Source of the DNA: Gammaproteobacteria bacterium
GTDB taxonomy: Bacteria > Pseudomonadota > Gammaproteobacteria > Ga0077554 > Ga007554
DNA: 64,000 bases
Direction: 5' to 3'
Assembly: GCA_023266055.1 (NCBI GenBank)
Contig: JAHFRW010000009.1
Location: 2,709-66,708, forward strand
Below are positions 27,403 through 36,393 of this stretch, one piece after another. Every line of letters begins with the position of its first letter. Within the stretch, counting starts at the first letter, position 1. A model generated the notes under the pieces. The model did not search any database, was not told where the DNA came from, and saw nothing but the letters and a program-made list of their open reading frames with translations. A program made the translations under genes and the position numbers.

Positions 27403-29799
27403 TTAAAACTTCGCTCCAAAGGTAAGCTGCACGGCGCGCTTGGTTCCCGGTATGGAATGCCCCGCGTACACGCCTTCATAGTAGTCTTTGTCCAGGAGAT
27501 TCAGAACGTTCAGCTTTACCGAGTACTTGTCCCAACCATATTGAGCCATCGCATCCCATCGCCAGTAACTCGGCACGGCGTTGATATTGGTATTGTTGGC
27601 ATAGCGCCGCCCCGCGCCTTCTACACCGCCGCCAATCTTCCAGCCACCGCCCAGCTTATACGTATTCCACAGATTAGCCGTGTACTTGGGCGTATTAAGC
27701 GGCGTGTTGCCGCGTGTGTTGGCTTGCTGCGCGGCGGCAACATCAATCTCCGCTGTCATCAATGCTAGCGCGCCAAAAACGTCCCAGTCGGGAGTGATGC
27801 GCCCCACACTTTCGAACTCGATGCCATCCGTGTGGCGTTTTCCCGAAAGCAGATATTGGGTGCTGGCCAGATCTGTATTGCGCTCATTGGTTTTTTCAGA
27901 GCGGAAGATGGCGGTGCGCAACGACAGATTCCCGTCGATCAAATCCCATTTCGCGCCCACCTCAATGTTGCGATTTTTCTCTGGCGGCGTGTTGGCAGAA
28001 CGGTCATCAAGCTGATAAAGCTCCGCCGAGGGGTTGAACGAGGTGCCGTAAGAAACATAATACGTGGTCAGATCAGGCTGGTACATCACGCCAGCACGAT
28101 AGCTCCACACGTTATCGGTGCGCGACAGGTCACCGGCCGGGGCGGGACGGGCATAATCCGCCTTGAGTTGATCATGGCGCGCGCCCAGCACCAGTTTCCA
28201 CATAGTTGCCAGATCCATGACATCCTGCGCGTAAAGTCCAATGGTATGCGCCTTGTAGGTAACATCATCGGTGGGGGTTCTGTCCAGAAATCCGGAGGCG
28301 AGCGGTGGATTCGGATCGGGATTGCCGACGGTGGTGGGTGGATTGATGCCCGTGTTGACGTAGTTCCAGCGATGCGCTTTTTCCTGCATCAACTCCAGGC
28401 CGGCCAGCAATTGATGCTTGATTCCGCCCGTGTTCAGCTTCGTGGTGAAGTCGGTCTGGCTGGTGATGGTGTCTTCTTCACCGCCGCGCGCCTGGCGACC
28501 ACGACAAACAATCGTGCTCCCGGTGATAATTGTTGGGGCAGCGGTAACGCACCCTGTCCCTGTCAGCCGTGGCGCTACAACCCGCAAATCACGTTCGTAG
28601 TCAGCCACGCGCAGCACAGTGCGAACTGAGGTATCGGGATTAAACCGGTGGATGTAACTTGCCGTAGCAATACTAGTTTGGTTGCGCTCATAATCAGCAT
28701 TGGCCATGCCATAAAACCGTGTGACTGGCACGTCGAGAGGCCGACCCTGGAAATAAGGCACGCCGTAATCCGGAATATTGTCTTCTTTTAGATAGTAGTA
28801 AGACAGCGCAAATTCGTTGCGGGTACCTATCCCCCACCGCACTGAAGGTGCAATGCCCCAGCGCTCTTGATTCACCGCATCGCGAAAACTGTCGGTATCG
28901 GTCTTCATGAGATTGACGCGCACTGCGGCATCCTGGCCCACCATCTTATTCAAATCGGCAGTAAGGCGCTTATAGTCGAACGAACCCAGCGTGAGCGTCG
29001 CTTCGTTGCGATCAGCCAGAGAAGGTTGCTTGCTGACCTGATTGATAATGCCGCCCGTCGAACCGCGGCCAAACAGCATCGACGCGGAGCCGCGCAGAAC
29101 ATCAAGCTGCTGGAGGTTAAAAACTTCGCGGTTGTACTGGGCGACATCGCGCATGCCGTCTAGATAAAGATCACCTGCCGCCGAGTAACCGCGTATCGTG
29201 ATATTGTCGCCAATGCGTCCGCCCTCGCCAGCGTTGAAGGTAAGACCAGCGACATTGCGTAGCGCCTCTCTAAACGTGGTGGCGTTGCGATCCTTCATCA
29301 ACTGCTCGGTAACGACAGTGACCGATTGCGGAATATCGCGTGGTAATTGTTGCAGCTTGCCAACGCTGGTCGTGTCGCCCTGGTATCCCTTCGCTTCACT
29401 ATCGCGTTCCGCCTTGACTTTCACTTCGGGGAGGCTTTCCTCTTTCGACTGTGCGGCGGCTTGACCAGCATCGGGTTCAGGCTGTGCAAACGCCGGATTT
29501 GCGACCAGAATCAAGGCTAGGGTTCCGGCACTGACGGCCCCCAAAGGCAATAGTCTGCCAATTTTTAATGGATGGCGTTTGCTTGTCAGACAGTTCTTGC
29601 TGAATCCTTCGCTTTCGCTCTTCCCTGCGCTCACCGCACTTGTGCATCCGCCGTGCAGGGATGCACAAGTGCCGCCAGAGGCACGACTGCATGGATGCAG
29701 GAGGTAGAGCAACGCCGGGAGCGGTTGCCGAGGATGCCGAAAGCGGCCTGCCTGGCGAATGTTTTTTTCTGAAGGTGTCACGAGTCGCATGTGTTTCAT
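27403..29799 (-). CDS. TonB-dependent outer-membrane siderophore receptor (Fiu/PiuA-like). The called ORF includes ~80 upstream codons that are probably 5' leader; the signal peptide begins near 29565
   Basis: Plug and 22-strand barrel features; C-terminal ...TFGAKF. Signal peptide KIGRLLPLGAVSAGTLALILVANPAFA/QPE is about 80 aa inside the ORF, and the upstream part coincides with repeat element A. Confidence 0.9.
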   Translation of the reverse strand: MKHMRLVTPSEKNIRQAGRFRHPRQPLPALLYLLHPCSRASGGTCASLHGGCTSAVSAGKSESEGFSKNCLTSKRHPLKIGRLLPLGAVSAGTLALILVANPAFAQPEPDAGQAAAQSKEESLPEVKVKAERDSEAKGYQGDTTSVGKLQQLPRDIPQSVTVVTEQLMKDRNATTFREALRNVAGLTFNAGEGGRIGDNITIRGYSAAGDLYLDGMRDVAQYNREVFNLQQLDVLRGSASMLFGRGSTGGIINQVSKQPSLADRNEATLTLGSFDYKRLTADLNKMVGQDAAVRVNLMKTDTDSFRDAVNQERWGIAPSVRWGIGTRNEFALSYYYLKEDNIPDYGVPYFQGRPLDVPVTRFYGMANADYERNQTSIATASYIHRFNPDTSVRTVLRVADYERDLRVVAPRLTGTGCVTAAPTIITGSTIVCRGRQARGGEEDTITSQTDFTTKLNTGGIKHQLLAGLELMQEKAHRWNYVNTGINPPTTVGNPDPNPPLASGFLDRTPTDDVTYKAHTIGLYAQDVMDLATMWKLVLGARHDQLKADYARPAPAGDLSRTDNVWSYRAGVMYQPDLTTYYVSYGTSFNPSAELYQLDDRSANTPPEKNRNIEVGAKWDLIDGNLSLRTAIFRSEKTNERNTDLASTQYLLSGKRHTDGIEFESVGRITPDWDVFGALALMTAEIDVAAAQQANTRGNTPLNTPKYTANLWNTYKLGGGWKIGGGVEGAGRRYANNTNINAVPSYWRWDAMAQYGWDKYSVKLNVLNLLDKDYYEGVYAGHSIPGTKRAVQLTFGAKF
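29606..29762. repeat. Structured repeat element, copy A (5' leader region of the TonB-dependent receptor gene)
   Basis: Contains a perfect 14-bp hairpin gcacttgtgcatcc/ggatgcacaagtgc, the ggaggtagagca box, a bulged stem-loop and a gccGAAAgcggc hairpin; about 85% identical to copies B and C. Confidence 0.5.
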
Positions 29800-29815
29800 T
29801 ATCAGGTATTCTCCA
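29791..29815 (-). promoter_or_regulatory. Fur-box-like sequence upstream of the TonB-dependent receptor leader
   Basis: Minus-strand cctGATAATGAaacacat matches GATAATGATAATCATT in about 12 of 16 positions. Confidence 0.3.
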
Positions 29816-29923
29816 TTGCTGTTATCAATGTTGGATGGCTGGCTGGAGAATCCTGAGCAGGTCAGATGGATCTTTGGCTGGCGGTTAGTACTTTACTAAA
29901 TATTGTTTTTCACTATTCCGTTG

Positions 29924-30469
29924 TCATCTCGACCGTAGGGACGACTGCATGGCCACTTCTTCCGGCATCCTGCCTCTTGCGGCACTTGTGCGTCCATGCA
30001 CATCGGATGCAGGAGGTAGAGCAACGCCGGGAGCGGTTGCCGAGAGATCTTTCTCCGGCTCACTCACAAACCCAATCTTTGAAAGACCAACCTTGGCTGC
30101 CTCCGCCATTACGTCGGCCAGCACCTGGTAGCGCGTATTCCTGTCAGCGCGCAGGTGCAGCTCCGGCTGTGGCGTTTTGCGGGCTTCGCTGGCAAAGCGT
30201 GCCATGACAGCGGCCTTGTCGATGGCCTCGCCATTCCAATAGAACGCGCCACCAGCGTCGATCGCAAGTTCGATCTTGTCTGGCTTGGTCAGGGTGGGCG
30301 ACGACGAGGCTTTGGGCAGGTCAATCTTGACCGCATGCGTGAGTAACGGCGCAGTCACGATAAAGATCACCAGCAGCACCAACATCACGTCGATCAGCGG
30401 TACCATGTTGATTTCGGCTATCGGCTGCGGGCCACCGGATTTGCTGAACCCACCGAAAGCCATGGTCAA
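29924..30469 (-). CDS. exbD: Biopolymer transport protein ExbD, with an unusually long C-terminus that reads into repeat copy B
   Basis: MAFGGFSKSGG..INMVPLIDVMLVLLVIFIV is canonical ExbD/TolR; the 181-aa length compares with the usual ~140. Confidence 0.85.
   Translation of the reverse strand: MTMAFGGFSKSGGPQPIAEINMVPLIDVMLVLLVIFIVTAPLLTHAVKIDLPKASSSPTLTKPDKIELAIDAGGAFYWNGEAIDKAAVMARFASEARKTPQPELHLRADRNTRYQVLADVMAEAAKVGLSKIGFVSEPEKDLSATAPGVALPPASDVHGRTSAARGRMPEEVAMQSSLRSR
29941..30044. repeat. Structured repeat element, copy B (rearranged or partial), overlapping the exbD 3' end
   Basis: Shares acgactgcatgg ... gcacttgtgcgtcc ... ggatgcaggaggtagagcaacgccgggagcggttgccgag with copy A. Confidence 0.45.
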
Positions 30470-31263
30470 CCCCCTGCCTGTACCGCCGCAACCGGCGCTT
30501 TTGTTTTGTCGGTGACAAGTTTGATCTCACCTCTGGTATGGGTAACCGCCATGCGGTTGCCGGTGGACATGAAGCCAAACACGTCGTGCGCAAAGCCATC
30601 GAGTTGCGCCAGCACCACACGGTTCTGGCGGGTGAAAGCGTTATAGGCAAGCACCGCAGGCACCGCGACCGCCAGACCCAGCGCCGTCATGATGAGCGCT
30701 TCGCCGACCGGACCGGCAACTTTGTCCAGGGTACCTTGGCCGCTGATGCCTATCGCCAGCAGGGCGTGATAAATGCCCCACACCGTGCCGAACAAACCGA
30801 TGAACGGGGCGGCGGAACCGACCGATGCCAGAAATGTGAGGCCGTTTTCGCGGCGTGCGGTTTCCTGTTCATAGGCCTGGCGCAAACTGCGGGTGAGAAA
30901 CTCATCGGCGTTGCTGGAATCAACCATGCGGCTGCCATCTTTTCTGGCGAACTGCTCGATAGCCCTGAAACCGTGATGCGTCATGTGACTGAAAGGCTCA
31001 TGCACACCCGCAGTTTTCACCTGCGTCTGAATCGCGGCAAGGCTGGGCGCCTCCCAGAAAAAGCGCAGGAAGCGCGCGCTGTGGCGGCGCTCCATGAAGC
31101 GCCGCAGGCTTTTCATCGCAATGATGGTCCAGCTCACGATGGACATAAACACCAGGATGACAAGAACAGCCTTGGCCACCCCATCCGCCTGCGCAATAAA
31201 GTGGGCAAAGCCCAGGGTTTGAGATGCAATCTGAGATTCCATAATTACTCCTGTGTGTGTCAC
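30466..31263 (-). CDS. exbB: MotA/TolQ/ExbB proton-channel protein ExbB
   Basis: 265 aa; three TM helices; conserved C-terminal region (GLFGTVWGI). Confidence 0.9.
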   Translation of the reverse strand: MTHTGVIMESQIASQTLGFAHFIAQADGVAKAVLVILVFMSIVSWTIIAMKSLRRFMERRHSARFLRFFWEAPSLAAIQTQVKTAGVHEPFSHMTHHGFRAIEQFARKDGSRMVDSSNADEFLTRSLRQAYEQETARRENGLTFLASVGSAAPFIGLFGTVWGIYHALLAIGISGQGTLDKVAGPVGEALIMTALGLAVAVPAVLAYNAFTRQNRVVLAQLDGFAHDVFGFMSTGNRMAVTHTRGEIKLVTDKTKAPVAAVQAGG

Positions 31264-32159
31264 TGTGTTAGTTCAAAGGTGATGGGAATGAGGGCATACA
31301 CATGCAACGCAACGCCATTCTCGGTATGGGGTTTGAAAAGCGCGGCGAGCGCGGAATTGATAGCCGCCTGGTCCAGGCGCGCGAATCCCGACGAAACCTG
31401 AACCAGCGCCTGCTCCGGCCTGCCCTGGGGATTTATCAACACGCGCACGATAACTCTGCCCGCTTCATTCATACGGCGCGAGAGCGATGGATACTCGGGT
31501 TGAGGTGACCGCACATATTCCACACCCGAAACCAGTTTGGGTTGCGGCGCAGGCGGTGGTGTTTTCGGTTCAGGGAGTACAGGTGGCGTTATCATTGCTG
31601 CAGCAGCGACAACGGGTTCTTCCACAACAGGAGCCACCGCAAGCGGAGTCGCCTCGACAGTCGCTGGCGCCTCGTCAGGTGTCAGAGTTGCGGTAAGGAG
31701 CAGCGGCGCTTTCTGTTCAGGCAGTGCAACTACTTTGGGTAACATTACGGATGGCGCGGGCGACGCAACGGCGGGGCGGATGAGATCCACGAAAAGCGGC
31801 GCGGCTTCCTGCACCACCTGACGAACTGCTTCGACTTGTAACAGCGCATAAACAGCGGCCACATGCAACGCCACGACAGTGAGTACGCTCGCGAGTCGCA
31901 GACGCAGGCCGGGCAGGCCGTTAGCGTCACTGGTGCCGTGCGGGGGATTATGCTGCCGGAAATTAAAAGGCTCCAAGCGATTCCTACGGAACCCCTTCTC
32001 GCTTTCTCTCTTCCCTGCGACGTGCATGGAAGCATTAGTGTCGCGGGAGGCACGAACCCAAGGATGGGCGAAGGTAGAACAATGCAGGAGCCATTGTCGA
32101 AGATGCCGAAAGCGGCCTGCCCGGTGAATATCTGCCGTTGTCATCGCTAACCGTTCCAA
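31260..32159 (-). CDS. tonB: Energy transducer TonB (start probably internal; the first ~60 codons coincide with repeat copy C)
   Basis: TM helix, Pro-rich spacer (PVLPEPKTPPPAPQP) and C-terminal TonB domain (...GRVIVRVLINPQGRPEQALVQVSSG...). Confidence 0.8.
   Translation of the reverse strand: MERLAMTTADIHRAGRFRHLRQWLLHCSTFAHPWVRASRDTNASMHVAGKRESEKGFRRNRLEPFNFRQHNPPHGTSDANGLPGLRLRLASVLTVVALHVAAVYALLQVEAVRQVVQEAAPLFVDLIRPAVASPAPSVMLPKVVALPEQKAPLLLTATLTPDEAPATVEATPLAVAPVVEEPVVAAAAMITPPVLPEPKTPPPAPQPKLVSGVEYVRSPQPEYPSLSRRMNEAGRVIVRVLINPQGRPEQALVQVSSGFARLDQAAINSALAALFKPHTENGVALHVYALIPITFELTQ
31994..32128. repeat. Structured repeat element, copy C (5' leader region of tonB)
   Basis: ccttctcgctttctctcttccctgcg ... 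gaaggtagaacaatgcaggagccattgtcgaagatgccgaaagcggcctgcccggtgaat; the stem-loop carries a compensatory change relative to copy A. Confidence 0.5.
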
Positions 32160-32295
32160 AAATCATGACTCTCGCACCGAAAGATGGATTCAGGCCGAGG
32201 GTCAAAATATGATTGGCTGGCTAAGAGGCAGACACATCTGGCTGGCTATAGAAGGCGCGACCTCCAAACGGCCCGCGCCAAAATAGTTCTAAATA

Positions 32296-32316
32296 AGAAT
32301 CATTATCAATGATAGC
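32296..32316 (-). promoter_or_regulatory. Fur-box-like AT-rich hexamer array upstream of the tonB leader
   Basis: aagAATCATTATCAATGATag seen directly. Confidence 0.35.
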
Positions 32317-32453
32317 GCGGGACACCCCCCCTGTCAAGGAATACGCAGTACATGTGCGCACCATACAGACTCCCGGCCACAGCACGATAACCCGGAACAC
32401 ACCAACGTAGCGGGCACAGGATATACAGATGAAAAATCATCCGCTTGACCTGA

Positions 32454-33218
32454 TCAGAAGCGCCTTAACTCATCCTCCGTCAACGGACGACTCTGCCCCT
32501 TGGGTAACGTCCCCAGCATCACGGAGCCGATTGCCACCCGGATCAGGCGTAGCACATCAGCATCCAGCACGGCAAGCATGCGGCGAATCTGGCGGTTGAT
32601 TCCTTGCTGCAACACTATTTCCAGCCAGCAATTCTTTTGACCACTGCGCAGCACCTGCACCTGGGCGGCACGCGCAAAAACCCCATCATCCGCCAATATC
32701 ACGCCGTGCTGTAACCTCGCTACATCGTCGTCATTCAATAGCCGGTTAACCTGCACATGATAGGTTTTAGGCAGATGGCGGGCGGGATCAAGAATACGTT
32801 GCGCCCATGCGGTATCATTGGTAAAAAAAATCAGACCTTCACTGGCCTTGTCCAGACGACCCACCGGCGCCAGCCAGGCATGCCGGTCATCTTCACCCAG
32901 ACACGTGTACACCGTTTCACGGCCCTGTTCATCACGGGCGGTCGTCACCAGACCACGCGGCTTGTTGACAGCAACATAACATTTCGGCACCTCGCTGAGC
33001 GTGGCGTTGTCCAGTGCCACACGATCCCGCACCATGTTAATGCGGGCTTCAGGATTGCGCAGCACCTGCCCATTCACACTCACCCGCCCCGCTTCAATCA
33101 AGGTGGCGGCGACCGTGCGCGAGGCAATGCCCATTTTAGACAAGACACGGGCAAGGCTCACCCCCGCCTGCCCGGTGTGCGTGGAACTCGCCTGCCTTCC
33201 GTCCATATTCTTTTTCAT
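32454..33218 (-). CDS. Pseudouridine synthase, RsuA/RluB/RluE family (S4 domain + catalytic domain)
   Basis: S4-like N-terminus (RLDKVLSKMGIASR) and catalytic Asp context AVNKPRGLVTT...GRLDKASEGLIFFTND. Confidence 0.8.
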   Translation of the reverse strand: MKKNMDGRQASSTHTGQAGVSLARVLSKMGIASRTVAATLIEAGRVSVNGQVLRNPEARINMVRDRVALDNATLSEVPKCYVAVNKPRGLVTTARDEQGRETVYTCLGEDDRHAWLAPVGRLDKASEGLIFFTNDTAWAQRILDPARHLPKTYHVQVNRLLNDDDVARLQHGVILADDGVFARAAQVQVLRSGQKNCWLEIVLQQGINRQIRRMLAVLDADVLRLIRVAIGSVMLGTLPKGQSRPLTEDELRRF

Positions 33219-33399
33219 TTCACGGCCCAAAATGGTTGTCCAGCAGATTTCCATAAAACACAAAATTGTAGCATAAAAACATAATAATCAATAATTTGAA
33301 GAATGTTAGACGCCTGTCTTACCGGCCTGTATCTCCCTATCAATGATCCACACACCCTTCATCTGCACTGGAGGCATCGACTTCTGTTAAAATCCCGGC

Positions 33400-35619
33400 A
33401 TGGACGTTTCCTACATTCTCGATGACCTCAATGATGCCCAGCGTGACGCTGTAAGCGCACCCCCCGGCCACCTGCTGATACTGGCCGGGGCGGGTAGCGG
33501 TAAAACACGGGTACTGGTTCATCGCATCGCCTGGCTGGTCAGAGTAGAAGGTGCGTCACCACACAATGTGCTGGCCGTTACCTTTACCAATAAGGCCGCG
33601 GCTGAAATGCGTGGTCGCATCCAGCACCTGCTCGACATGCCCACTGCCAGTATGTGGGTCGGCACGTTTCATGGCCTGGCACACCGTTTGTTGCGTATTC
33701 ACTGGCGCGAAGCGGGATTGCCGCAGGCGTTCCAGATTCTCGATTCCGACGACCAATACCGCGTCATCCGTCGGGTACTCAAATCACTGGAACTGGACGA
33801 GGCACGCTGGCCACCGAAACAGGCACAATGGTTCATCAATGCCCGTAAAGATGAAGGCATGCGTGCGCACGCCCTGCACCACCCTGGCCAGAACAACAGT
33901 GATCCCCATACCCGGCAAATGATGCGTATTTACCAAACTTATGAAGATACCTGCCAGCGCAGCGGCATGGTGGATTTTGCAGAATTACTGTTACGCGCCC
34001 AGGAATTATGGCAAAAACATCCTGACATACTCGCGCATTACCAGCAACGCTTTAGCCATATTCTGGTGGATGAATTTCAGGACACAAATGCCATCCAGTA
34101 TTCCTGGATACGCCTGCTGGCAGGCAATACCGGCAATGCACAGGGAACCGCCAAATTATTCGTTGTGGGTGATGATGATCAATCCATTTATGGCTGGCGC
34201 GGCGCACGCGTAGAAAACATTCGACAAATTGAACGCGAATTTTTCGGCATGCGTGTCTTGCGCATGGAACAGAATTACCGTTCCACGGGCACCATTCTAA
34301 AGGCTGCCAATGCCGTCATTGCCAACAATCAAGGTCGCCTTGGCAAAAACCTGTGGACTGCGGGCGAGCAAGGCGAACCCATTGTGCTGTACACGGCATT
34401 CAGCGATCTGGACGAAGCTCGCTTCATTGTCGAACGCATCAAGCAATGGGTAGAGCAAGGCCATCTACGTCGTGACACCGCAATACTGTACCGCTCCAAC
34501 GCCCAGTCACGTGTGCTGGAAGATGCATTGCTGAATGCCAGCATGCCTTACCGTGTCTACGGTGGCCTGCGCTTCTTTGAGCGTGCTGAAATCAAGGATG
34601 CATTGGCCTATCTGCGCCTGATTGAAAATCGTGATGATGATGCTTCTTTTGAGCGGGTAGTCAATACACCCACGCGCGGCATTGGTGAACGCAGCCTGGA
34701 CATTCTGCGTAGTCATGCCCGCCAGCACAGTTTATCGCTGTGGCAGGCAACACGCGCCATTACCGACAGCCGGGCGCTGGTTGCACTGACGGTATTCACC
34801 CACCTGATTGAAAAACTGGCCGCTGACATCGCCGCATTCAATCTTGCCGAACAGGTCGACCACATGCTCACGCACACTTGCCTGCTGGATCATTACCGCA
34901 AGGAAAAAGGCGACAAAGGCCAGGCACGCATTGAAAATCTCGAAGAACTGGTAAGCGCTGCACGCCAGTTCGAATATACCATTCTGGAATCCGGCGGCGC
35001 CGAACTGACAGAAGACATGAGCCTGCTACAGGCATTTCTTTCACATGCCGCCCTGGAATCCGGCGAAGGCCAGGGCAACGCGTGGGATGACTGTGTGCAG
35101 CTCATGACCCTGCATACCGCCAAAGGCCTGGAATTTCCGCTGGTATTTTTGTGCGGCATGGAAGAAGGACTGTTCCCGCATAAAATGTCCACCCAGGAAC
35201 CGGAGCGTCTCGAAGAAGAACGCCGCCTGTGCTACGTCGGCATCACCCGCGCCCGCCAGCAACTGTTCATTACCGGCGCTGAACGACGCAGACTGTATGG
35301 CACAGAAACCTATGCTGTACCCTCACGATTCATCAACGAAATCCCTACTGAACTGATACACGAAGTACGCCCACGTGCCTCGGTAACGCGCCCCATGACG
35401 ACCACACACCATCATTTCGCTGACGACATCTACAATGACAGTGAGGGCGACTCCATTATCCGCCCACGTTTAGGCCAGCGCGTACATCACGGCAAGTTTG
35501 GTGATGGCGTGATCCTGAGCTATGAAGGTGAAGGGGATCGTGCCCGCGTACAGGTGAACTTTAAAACCAATGGCAGCAAATGGCTGGTCATGGCCTATGC
35601 CAATTTACAAATGGTGTAA
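33400..35619 (+). CDS. uvrD: DNA helicase II UvrD
   Basis: 739 aa; N-terminus LNDAQRDAVSAPPGHLLILAGAGSGKTRVLVHRIAWL and the other SF1 helicase motifs. Confidence 0.9.
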   Translation: MDVSYILDDLNDAQRDAVSAPPGHLLILAGAGSGKTRVLVHRIAWLVRVEGASPHNVLAVTFTNKAAAEMRGRIQHLLDMPTASMWVGTFHGLAHRLLRIHWREAGLPQAFQILDSDDQYRVIRRVLKSLELDEARWPPKQAQWFINARKDEGMRAHALHHPGQNNSDPHTRQMMRIYQTYEDTCQRSGMVDFAELLLRAQELWQKHPDILAHYQQRFSHILVDEFQDTNAIQYSWIRLLAGNTGNAQGTAKLFVVGDDDQSIYGWRGARVENIRQIEREFFGMRVLRMEQNYRSTGTILKAANAVIANNQGRLGKNLWTAGEQGEPIVLYTAFSDLDEARFIVERIKQWVEQGHLRRDTAILYRSNAQSRVLEDALLNASMPYRVYGGLRFFERAEIKDALAYLRLIENRDDDASFERVVNTPTRGIGERSLDILRSHARQHSLSLWQATRAITDSRALVALTVFTHLIEKLAADIAAFNLAEQVDHMLTHTCLLDHYRKEKGDKGQARIENLEELVSAARQFEYTILESGGAELTEDMSLLQAFLSHAALESGEGQGNAWDDCVQLMTLHTAKGLEFPLVFLCGMEEGLFPHKMSTQEPERLEEERRLCYVGITRARQQLFITGAERRRLYGTETYAVPSRFINEIPTELIHEVRPRASVTRPMTTTHHHFADDIYNDSEGDSIIRPRLGQRVHHGKFGDGVILSYEGEGDRARVQVNFKTNGSKWLVMAYANLQMV

Positions 35620-35649
35620 CCCAGGCTTGACCAGGATTACGAATACACC

Positions 35650-36363
35650 ATGATTCCGTTGCATGACGACAATCCCACCCATATCAATCCCGTCATTACG
35701 ATTATAATCATTGTGATGTGCGTACTGGTATTCCTGTGGCAGCAATTTCTGGAACCCGATGCCCAGCAGCGCCTGGTATATAGCTTCGGCGTCATCCCGG
35801 CGACGCTGCTGGGAGGACAAGTGCTGCCCCCTGATCTGGTGCGGATACCTGCATGGGCTACATTGTTGACTTCAATGTTTCTGCATGGCGGGTGGATGCA
35901 CCTGATTGGCAATATGTTGTACCTGTGGATATTTGGTAACAACATAGAAGATGTCATGGGACACAAACGCTTTATCGTCTTTTATCTCACCTGTGGGTTC
36001 GGAGCAGCACTGGCACAGGCTCTACCTAATGTTGATTCAAGCATTCCCATGATCGGTGCAAGCGGCGCAATTTCCGGTGTGCTGGGCGCGTATCTGTTGC
36101 TATACCCTCGTGCACGGGTACTGGTGCTGATTCCTCTCGGAATTTTCACACGTATACTTTACCTGCCCGCCATGGCAGTATTAGGCTTCTGGTTCGTCTT
36201 GCAGATTTTCAGTTCACTGGTGATCGAAGATGATCAGGGTGGCGTCGCATGGGGCGCGCATATTGGCGGATTTCTGACAGGCATGGTATTGATTCCGTTT
36301 TTCAAGAATCATCATATCCCATTCTTTAATCCGGGGCATCACAAGGATCCTCCCCAGCGTTAA
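35650..36363 (+). CDS. Rhomboid family intramembrane serine protease
   Basis: GxSG (GASGAISGV) and downstream catalytic His within TM helices; six TM helices. Confidence 0.85.
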   Translation: MIPLHDDNPTHINPVITIIIIVMCVLVFLWQQFLEPDAQQRLVYSFGVIPATLLGGQVLPPDLVRIPAWATLLTSMFLHGGWMHLIGNMLYLWIFGNNIEDVMGHKRFIVFYLTCGFGAALAQALPNVDSSIPMIGASGAISGVLGAYLLLYPRARVLVLIPLGIFTRILYLPAMAVLGFWFVLQIFSSLVIEDDQGGVAWGAHIGGFLTGMVLIPFFKNHHIPFFNPGHHKDPPQR

Positions 36364-36393
36364 ATCCATGCACACCAACCAGAAATCATGGCA

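Noticed and set aside
29606-29800. Cobalamin or other known riboswitch upstream of the TonB-dependent receptor
   Set aside because: No B12 box or other riboswitch core motif recognisable. The element recurs antisense at exbD/tonB and sense at a glycosyltransferase, which does not fit a single-ligand riboswitch.
31537-31821. Gly/Ala/Ser/Thr-rich 94-aa and 66-aa plus-strand ORFs
   Set aside because: Antisense to the Pro-rich spacer of tonB; this is the expected mirror-frame artefact.
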